Source: Coleofasciculaceae cyanobacterium SM2_1_6
GTDB taxonomy: Bacteria; Cyanobacteriota; Cyanobacteriia; Cyanobacteriales; JAAUUE01
Assembly: GCA_012031635.1 (NCBI GenBank)
Contig: JAAUUE010000001.1
Span: forward strand, 1 to 42,206
Direction of reading: 5' to 3'
DNA: 42,206 bases
Both the position numbers and the translations under genes were made by a program. Positions 35,366-42,206 of this stretch are shown here, piece by piece (within the stretch, counting starts at the first letter, position 1; the number at the start of each line of letters is the position of its first letter). Below the pieces are notes generated by a model. That model worked only from the letters and a program-made list of their open reading frames with translations. It made no database searches and was not told the origin of the DNA.

Positions 35366-35936
35366 GGAAGGAACTCCTTGAATTGGGTAGTGAATTGGGG
35401 TTGAATTGATAATTTGCGTTACGGAGATAAATCAGAGGTGAATTACCAGAGGAGATTGAGCATCATGACAAAAAAATTAACCCAGAACTGTTCTAGTTCC
35501 GGGCTTGATCACTCAACATTGAGATACGACTTTACCTACCCGGAATTATTCCCGTGCCAAAAGTAAAAGCCATAAAAAAAGTTGAGAGCGGTATTAGCCA
35601 TGATGGGCTGATAAAACCTTGAAGTTTTTGGGGAGTAAACTGTAGCTTTTATGAAGCTGGAAAAACTGCGTAGTCAGTTTAACAATTAGAGTTGGAGTTG
35701 ATAGATGTGTAATAGAGACATAGAGCAGTTTTGGAGACTGCTAACTAGGAATTTATATCCTAGATGATGACTTGATTAATAAGCATCAAGTAACCTTAGA
35801 CACAACACTAACAAACCCCATTAACTTCGTCAAGCCCATTCTAGAAAAAAATCAACATACTATAATATTCAGTGTTTGTAAGTAGAAAAAATACTTAAAT
35901 TCTCTCAATTCAACCTGAATCTGGCGCAAATTTCCC

Positions 35937-36770
35937 ATGAATAATCTCACTCGGCGACGTTTCATCATCGGCACTGGCTTAACCGTAGGCTTTGCTGCCG
36001 CTGCCCATCCCACCTTCGCTCAGGTAATCACCACCGATTCTATTGGTTTAACCGCCGGGGCTGTGCGGATCCCGACTGCTAGCGGCGAGATTCCCGGCTA
36101 CCGAGCCATGCCCGCCACAGGAAGCAGTTTCCCGATCGTGTTGGTAGTCCAAGAAATCTTTGGAGTCCATGAGCATATCCAAGATGTGTGCCGTCGGTTT
36201 GCCAAGTTGGGCTACTGTGCGATCGCTCCAGAAATGTTCTTCCGTCAAGGGGATGTGTCTCAACTCACGGATGTTCAACAAATCATTGGCACGGTGGTGT
36301 CTAAGGTTCCCGATGCTCAGGTCATGTCTGACCTCGATGCTGCCGTCGCTTGGGCTGCGGCTTCTAGTCAGGGCGATCGGAGCAGAATTGGGATCACGGG
36401 TTTCTGTTGGGGTGGCAGAATTACATGGCTCTATGCTGCTCACAATCCCTCGATCAAGGCTGGGGTTGCCTGGTATGGTCGCCTGGTGGGAAATAGTACG
36501 GAGCTTAATCCCCGTCACCCGATCGACATTGCCCCGACCCTCACGGTTCCTGTCCTAGGGCTTTATGGTGGCAATGATACCGGGATTCCCAATGATACGG
36601 TGGCAAGAATGCAGCAAGCTCTAGCAACTGGCAGGAGTGGCTCAGATATTCTCCTCTACCCCGCCACCCCCCACGCTTTTCACGCCGATTATCGTCCCTC
36701 CTACCGCAAGGAAGAAGCAATGGACGGCTGGCGCAGATTGCAAGCATGGTTTAAGACTCATGGTTTGTAA
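35937..36770 (+). CDS. Dienelactone hydrolase family protein with twin-arginine (Tat) signal peptide
   Basis: N-terminus [29 protein letters not shown]. Nucleophile motif GFCWGG. C-terminal HAF motif ([10 protein letters not shown]). Confidence 0.85.
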   Translation: MNNLTRRRFIIGTGLTVGFAAAAHPTFAQVITTDSIGLTAGAVRIPTASGEIPGYRAMPATGSSFPIVLVVQEIFGVHEHIQDVCRRFAKLGYCAIAPEMFFRQGDVSQLTDVQQIIGTVVSKVPDAQVMSDLDAAVAWAAASSQGDRSRIGITGFCWGGRITWLYAAHNPSIKAGVAWYGRLVGNSTELNPRHPIDIAPTLTVPVLGLYGGNDTGIPNDTVARMQQALATGRSGSDILLYPATPHAFHADYRPSYRKEEAMDGWRRLQAWFKTHGL

Positions 36771-36924
36771 GCTCTAAATTAGAAGTTACTTAGTTCTGTC
36801 TTGCTAAGTTCTCTTATTAAAAATTCTTAATCTTTTGAATAAATCATTTAAAATTTCTATCTGCATTGCCATAGGGAGAATTAAAGATTCTTATTTACCA
36901 AGGGAGTGGCTAGAGCTTTATCAC

Positions 36925-38457
36925 CTAACTTGATTCACCTTTTAATTTCTTTCTATATTCTGCTTTAGATTCTTCCTCTATAGCGTTTAGGGCAACTTCA
37001 TAACTTTGAGCAAAGCTAAATTTAATTTCTCCTTTATTAGCATTGTTAGGAACGCTCATATTAATAACTACTACTCCGTCAGTTGGGTTTTCAATACTGC
37101 GGATAAATAGCTTAAGACCTTGATTTGCAGATTTTAATTCTTTAAAGGCTACACCAAAAGCCTTCCAGTTAACTTGTTTTTGAAAGATGAGATCAACACT
37201 ATCTAAAACTTCTGCAAACAAATTGATAAATTCTCCTCCAGCAAATTCTCCACTACTGGGACAGCGCTCATGGGTTTCATCTTCAGAGTCAACTTCTTCC
37301 AAAATATAAAAGAATCTAACATCCACATCATCTAGTTTGGTAGTGTTATGAATAGTCCATGCTTCTAGGCAAGCTCCAGTTAAATAAGCGTTGGTAAAAT
37401 CTGTGCCGATCGCTTGAACTTTAGTTAGATTTGCCCCTTCTAAATTAGCTCTTTGTAAGTTGGCTTGACTAATGTTTGCTTCCTTCAAATTAGCTTCGTT
37501 GAGATTTGCTCCATCAAGATTAGCTCCTTGAAGATTTGCCTCAACATAGGATTTTTTGTAACCATTACCGCTAACAAGTAATTCTCTCACTGCCTTTTTA
37601 GCCAAGATAGAATTATCAACTCTAGATTGATCGAGTTTCTTAGCTTCTTTCCAGCAAGTATTGGTAAGATTAGCTCCTAGAAAGTCAGTATTCTTCAGAG
37701 TTGCATAGGAAAAATTAGCATTAGTTAAATTAGCTCCACGAAAGCTTGTACCCCCTACAATAGCGCAAAAGGTAATTCCAGGAACACGAATAGAATCATA
37801 TGTATCATCTCCTGCTAAAGCAACCCAAGCAAAGTAAAAACCTCCTGCGATCGTCACCACCATTACCCATCCTCCTATAAATCCTGCTCCTATTAAAGCT
37901 CCTACCATTGCTCCTTTTATCGTTGCCGTTACTATCACCGCTATTACTGCTATTGCTACTAAAAATCCTGTTACTATTACTGCTGTCACTCCTGCTATTA
38001 TTCCTGTCGCCGCCACTGCTATAGCTACCGCTACGACTCCTGCTACTGATAATCCTCCTATTATTGCTACTCCTAAGAATAAAACTACTCTTGCTCCTGC
38101 GGCTAAACCTTGGTAGATAGTGATAACAAAAAATATTATCAATAATATTAAACAAAGAACTCCCAAAATAACACTGTATATCTTGAGACTATCGCTATTA
38201 AAAGAAAAGATGATTAAAACACCAGTTAGTGTGGCAAATATGCCTGACAGTATAGATAAAAATAATGAAAATATAAGTAGAAAAATTGCTTGGTGGAGTT
38301 GTAATCCAGCCTTGGCATGGCTGAAGTTTGCCTCATTGAGGTTCGCACCAGTAAAGTCTGTTCCTCGGATGTCGGCATATATAAAGTTTGCCCCCGTAAG
38401 GTCTTGATTCTTGAATGAGCGACCTTGGAGATTTATATGGGAGAAATCTTGAGACAT
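36925..38457 (-). CDS. Membrane-embedded pentapeptide-repeat protein
   Basis: 510 aa with pentapeptide tracts at both ends of a hydrophobic core (e.g. ANLQGANLDGANLNEANLKEANISQANLQRANLEGANL). ~170 aa of A/V/I/G-rich TM helices. C-terminal ~130-aa domain with no motif I recognise. Confidence 0.85.
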   Translation of the reverse strand: MSQDFSHINLQGRSFKNQDLTGANFIYADIRGTDFTGANLNEANFSHAKAGLQLHQAIFLLIFSLFLSILSGIFATLTGVLIIFSFNSDSLKIYSVILGVLCLILLIIFFVITIYQGLAAGARVVLFLGVAIIGGLSVAGVVAVAIAVAATGIIAGVTAVIVTGFLVAIAVIAVIVTATIKGAMVGALIGAGFIGGWVMVVTIAGGFYFAWVALAGDDTYDSIRVPGITFCAIVGGTSFRGANLTNANFSYATLKNTDFLGANLTNTCWKEAKKLDQSRVDNSILAKKAVRELLVSGNGYKKSYVEANLQGANLDGANLNEANLKEANISQANLQRANLEGANLTKVQAIGTDFTNAYLTGACLEAWTIHNTTKLDDVDVRFFYILEEVDSEDETHERCPSSGEFAGGEFINLFAEVLDSVDLIFQKQVNWKAFGVAFKELKSANQGLKLFIRSIENPTDGVVVINMSVPNNANKGEIKFSFAQSYEVALNAIEEESKAEYRKKLKGESS

Positions 38458-38790
38458 ATTTATATTAGTGATTTTTTACTTAAATCATAATACTTATTGA
38501 ACCTACATGCAATTAGTTATAGCCAATATACACCAAGTATATATTTAAAGAGTTTTAACCAAGACATTTTACAGGAAAAACATCAAAATCAAGAAAGATG
38601 AAGGGAATTTTCCAGTGGTTTTATTATCCGATCGCAAATATGCGCTGACTTTGGATGAAAAATTTACTACAGACCTGATTAATTTCCCCGGTTTCACAGT
38701 TACAGTCGGGAAAAAGCCAGCCGATATTCCTTACAGTGAATAATCAAGATTCTTTAGGTAGAAATTTTATGCTGATTTTAGTCATTCTGA

Positions 38791-39986
38791 TTAATCCAAC
38801 GATATTTCTCCACCCCAGCGCTCTTGGGGCAGGAAGGCTCGATCGAGGGGAATGGGGGCGACGGGTTTCGTGAGGGTAAACTCCCCAGCGAGAATCCATT
38901 TTTTCAGTTCTTCGGCGACTTGCAGCGATCGAGCAATACTCGCCAAGGGAGCCACCCGGATTGTTTTGCCATTGAGGGTGATTTTCCCAGATTTTAGCTG
39001 AGCATAGGTAACCAAGCCAAAGGTAGGGCGCACCCGGCGAGGAATGGAAAAATCGACCACTGGAGCCACCACGTCTTGATCTTGCACAGCACAATAGCGA
39101 ATTACTTCTGGATTGAGCACAGGCAAAGGAACCCCCACCCCCCAACATCAAAAGAAGAGCCATAATTTTTGAAATAGCAGCCCCGTACCCACTGAGTATT
39201 CATGGCTTTGGCATCCCCAATCAAGGCTAAGGTCGCTGCTGGCCCAATGGGAGTGTGGTTTTCTAGACGCTTTTGCAAAGGAAAGTGTTGAGTTCCTTCC
39301 CAAGTTACGTAGCCGATCGCCCCCCCTAGGAAAATCCTTGTACCGATGCCAACTAGATTTAGGTCTGGGTCATTCAGCAGGGGGGAAATTGCGCCCGGAT
39401 TGGAGTACACCGCATTGCCTAACTGGGGTTGCAGGGGGCCGAGGTAGGTAAACAAGGGACGATCGCCGCCGTTTACGCCGACAATAAAATTTTGGTATAA
39501 ATTACGGGGATTGTAGAGATAAAACTGGTTGATTTTATTTTTAGTAATAGTGGTTTCTAGGCTAGAGCGGGGATAACAATCACTCACCTGCCCGATCGCC
39601 CGCAAGGTTACTGCCAGCCCCGCCACCAAATCCTCGATCACATGACCGCCGCCCCTTTCCCGAAACTCATCCCCATCCCCAGTTTCACAAAGCTGCGTCG
39701 CTCCCAAGTACAAATCCACCGCCCCAAACCCAGCGTAGGCCGCCACCCCATCGAGCCAACAGGAACGAATATTGATGGGCGGATCCGTATGTCCCAGATT
39801 GATCATGGCTCCCGAAGATTCCATGGGTTCAAAGGTTCCCGTAGTCACTACATCCACTTGGGCAGCGATCGCTTCATGGCCCAACTCTCCTACCCTTGCC
39901 TTCACCTCCGCCGCCGTCCACACCACCGCCTGTTTTTGAGTAATCTTTTCATTAATTTCCTCGATCGTCCGTAACCCTGACACCAT
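38791..39986 (-). pseudogene. COG1900/DUF39 homocysteine-biosynthesis-like gene interrupted by a frameshift in a G6-T-G5 (sense) homopolymer tract
   Basis: ORF 39102-39986 (294 aa, MVSGLRTIEEINEKI...DVVTTGTFEPMES...) ends 8 codons after the tract at 39132-39143. The adjacent frame continues with GVPLPVLNPEV... for 115 more codons to 38791. Adding one G to the G6 run joins them as ...SSFDVGGVGVPLPVLN.... Confidence 0.7.
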
Positions 39987-40509
39987 ATTCTCTCCCTAAC
40001 CTAAGCAAAACTATTGACAAACAAGCTGGAGTAGGACAACGCCCTAGAGGATAAACTATACTGTTTTTAGGCATAATTTAGGCATAAGTTAAAATACTCC
40101 AGCCTTGCCGATTCAGGATTATTGCATCTTTTCAGAGTATCCTTGATGTTCCCATAATATTTTTTCTGGAATACTTTGTGTCTCCCAGCCATTCAAAATA
40201 ATTCCTCCTGAATTAACTCTGAGTAGAGGAAATTATCAATAGTATTCTTGAGTATTCTTGCATGTTTTCTAAATAGTCGAGTTGATCATTCCCAAGTTTG
40301 TGCCCAAGGCTATTGGGTTTGAGGGACTTGGATTGAGGGTGTCAACTTGCCGGTTTTAGTTTGCAGATGTTAATTTGAGAGCATTAATTATCGAGGTACT
40401 CTCAACCTAAATTAGAATAGCGATAGTCCAGAAAAATCATGGTCAGGAGAGAGGGGATTTAAGTGGAGTTCCGTGATCTACCTAACTCAATTAGTGAGGT
40501 TTAATTTCT

Positions 40510-42206
40510 ATGGGAGAACTTAGCCTGCGTATCCACATAGAAGGATTTGCAGAAAAAATTATCAAAGTAGATAAAAATCCTTTTATGATTGGGCGATTGC
40601 CAGAGTGCGATCTGCCCCTCATCTACATTGAGGTATCTCGTTATCATGCGAGGTTGAGTGGCTCCCATTCTGGAACTTGGATTATTGAGGATTTGGGTAG
40701 CACCAACGGCACAAAGCTGAACGACACGATTATTTCTGCACCCCAGAAGATCCGGGATGGAGATTTCTTGCAGATCGGGAATGTGGGTATATACGTGATG
40801 CTGGCAAAACCGCTCCGGGATGTGGCTCGTGATCGGTCTACGGAGGGTTTGACGATTATTCGGGATGTGAAGTATTTGCAGGAGCAGTGGTTACAGGCGG
40901 AGGATCCCGATGACCAGTCAGCAACTCCCGAACGGGCGATCGATCGCCTCAAGGAACTAGTCAATATTGCTAAAGCCCTAAACTCGGCGGAGTCCATTGA
41001 AGCAATTTTTTCTCAGGTGAAGGAAGTGGTGTTTCGAGAACTGAAGGATATCGATCGCTTGGCGCTGCTGGTGGATGTAACAGCTACAGGAAAGCTAGAA
41101 CTGCTGAATGCGGCGGGACGGGATACTAGCCACGAAGTCAATATGATTGCTGACGACCAGTGGATCAGCCACACCATCTGTCAAGCGGTTTTTAATGATC
41201 AAATTGCCATCAAAACTGCCAATGCTCAGGTGGACGATCGCTTCCAAGGGGAAAACAGTATTCTCGCCAAAGGCATCTGTAGTGCCTTAGCTGTGCCGCT
41301 CTGGGATGAAAATAAAATCTTTGGAGTCCTCTACGCCGATGCGCCCTCCGCAATCCACTACTGGCACCAAGGCGGCGAGGAAGACCTGAGCTTTTTTTCG
41401 ACCCTCGCCAATCTAGTGGCTTCGGCGGTACAACGCTGGCTCCTGACCCGGCAACTCCGCCAAGAAGAAACCATCCGCCGCAGTCTCGAGCGCTACCACT
41501 CCCCCTCCGTAGTGCAGCAGATGATGAAAACTTCTGGTTTGGTGGATAGCCGCATCGTGCCTGCCGAATTTGATATCAGTATCCTCTTTGCAGATATTGT
41601 CGGCTTCACGGCTCTATCTGAGCGCCTCAGCCCGAAAGAAATTTCTTCACTGCTCAATGCCTTTTTTGAGGAAATGCTCCAGGAGGTATTTATGGTGGGG
41701 GGAACCCTTGATAAGTTTATTGGGGATTGTATTATGGCTTTTTTTGGTGCCCCAGAACCTCAAGTTGACCACGCCCTCCGAGCGACCCAAGCTGCCCAAG
41801 GAATGCTCCGCCGCCTCGCCCGCCTCAATGCCCATCACGTGCTTTCGGAACCCTTGGAACTCCGGATTGCGGTGAATAGTGGCAAAGCGGTGGTGGGGGA
41901 TTTGGGCAGTTCCCAACGGGTGGACTACACGGCACTGGGGGGAACCATTAACCTTGCCTCCCGCATGGAAGCTATCTGTCCCCAAGGAAAGTGTGTGGTC
42001 AGTGAAGCTACCTACAACCAGTTGGATAGTGCCAAAGAAAATTTTCAACTTCTGGGAGAGCATCGATTTAAGGGGATCGATCGACCGATTTTAATCTATG
42101 AAAGTATGATTACTTCGGCAATCTCTGTCGGCAAACCCCAAAGCCCACAACCAAGCCGCCGTCAACCCCCGCCGCCGCCCCCACCGCCCCAAATATCACC
42201 CCCAAA
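40510..42206 (+). CDS. FHA - GAF - class III adenylate cyclase, 3' end beyond the window (partial)
   Basis: I translated it by hand: ATG at 40510 preceded by an in-frame TAA, with no stop through 42206, which is why it is absent from the ORF track. FHA: FMIGRLPECDL...SRYHARL...IEDLGSTNGTKLN. GAF-like middle region. Cyclase: ILFADIVGFTALSE, GDCIMAFFGAP, RIAVNSGKAVVGDLGS, YTALGGTINLASRME. Pro-rich tail RRQPPPPPPPPQ. Confidence 0.85.
   Translation, partial: MGELSLRIHIEGFAEKIIKVDKNPFMIGRLPECDLPLIYIEVSRYHARLSGSHSGTWIIEDLGSTNGTKLNDTIISAPQKIRDGDFLQIGNVGIYVMLAKPLRDVARDRSTEGLTIIRDVKYLQEQWLQAEDPDDQSATPERAIDRLKELVNIAKALNSAESIEAIFSQVKEVVFRELKDIDRLALLVDVTATGKLELLNAAGRDTSHEVNMIADDQWISHTICQAVFNDQIAIKTANAQVDDRFQGENSILAKGICSALAVPLWDENKIFGVLYADAPSAIHYWHQGGEEDLSFFSTLANLVASAVQRWLLTRQLRQEETIRRSLERYHSPSVVQQMMKTSGLVDSRIVPAEFDISILFADIVGFTALSERLSPKEISSLLNAFFEEMLQEVFMVGGTLDKFIGDCIMAFFGAPEPQVDHALRATQAAQGMLRRLARLNAHHVLSEPLELRIAVNSGKAVVGDLGSSQRVDYTALGGTINLASRMEAICPQGKCVVSEATYNQLDSAKENFQLLGEHRFKGIDRPILIYESMITSAISVGKPQSPQPSRRQPPPPPPPPQISPP

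Noticed and set aside
35465-35566. 33-aa ORF (MTKKLTQNCSSSGLDHSTLRYDFTYPELFPCQK) with a gaggag box upstream, in the 571-bp gap between the DAHP synthase and the dienelactone hydrolase.
   Set aside because: It has no recognisable family, no hydrophobic or leader-peptide character (it is not Phe/Tyr/Trp-rich as an aromatic attenuator would be), and it lies on the opposite strand to the DAHP synthase gene. Noted only as a candidate for Ribo-seq.
37805-38155. 116-aa alternate-frame ORF inside the pentapeptide-repeat gene.
   Set aside because: It is a by-product of cryptic codon-level repeats in the hydrophobic core (Ser/Arg/Asn-rich translation).
38575-38745. Protein-like open frame (..NFPVVLLSDRKYALTLDEKFTTDLINFPGFTVTVGKKPADIPYSE*) between the pentapeptide gene and the DUF39 gene.
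   Set aside because: There is no ATG and only an internal GTG, and a stop codon lies shortly upstream. It may be a gene remnant, but I cannot assign it to any family.
38744-39163. 139-aa ORF crossing the frameshift region of the DUF39 gene.
   Set aside because: It lies in a third frame, is Arg/Ser/Gly-rich with no similarity to the family, and overlaps the 115-aa continuation, which does read like the C-terminus.
39987-40509. SAM or other riboswitch upstream of the homocysteine-biosynthesis-like gene, and sigma-70 promoters (a TTGACA at about 40013 and a TATAGT on the minus strand at about 40060).
   Set aside because: No properly spaced -35/-10 pair could be assembled and I recognised no riboswitch core. 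This needs an Infernal scan and TSS data.

Overview
This is a cyanobacterial chromosomal window. The HIP1 octamer GCGATCGC and CGATCG occur throughout, and ndhL, trpA, a bvdR-like gene and an HstK-type kinase are present. From left to right, 0.5-12.8 kb holds four co-directional sensor kinases: DICT-like/GAF HK, REC-HK, a Cache/HAMP hybrid HK, and a 1891-aa Ser/Thr-kinase-AAA-TPR-GAF-HK giant. At 13.3-19.0 kb a cobalamin-type radical SAM enzyme is flanked by two paralogous extended-SDR genes that appear to lack the canonical catalytic Tyr. At 19.0-23.7 kb there is an RND pump with its membrane-fusion protein. A 1-kb repeat-filled gap and an intron-less tRNA-Leu(UAA) follow, then ndhL, a DUF3007-like gene and trpA, a secreted small protein and a biliverdin-reductase-like oxidoreductase. 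At 29.3-34.4 kb lies an SNF2 helicase + SWIM protein + VapBC (FitAB-like) string. The right end carries a type I-beta DAHP synthase, a Tat-exported dienelactone hydrolase, a membrane pentapeptide-repeat protein and a COG1900/DUF39 homocysteine-biosynthesis-like gene broken by a frameshift in a homopolymer tract. The last gene is an open-ended FHA-GAF-class III adenylate cyclase ORF that is missing from the supplied ORF track. The non-coding DNA holds two MITE-like repeat families, one copy of which carries a nested third element with an apparent target-site duplication. It also holds many 8-16 bp A/T-rich tandem arrays, several built on a TAATCT(AG) core. No CRISPR array, transposase, integrase or rRNA was seen. 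The two best candidates for uncharacterised biology are the radical-SAM/atypical-SDR module and the SNF2-SWIM-VapBC string. Both are inferences from domain content and gene order, not demonstrated systems.
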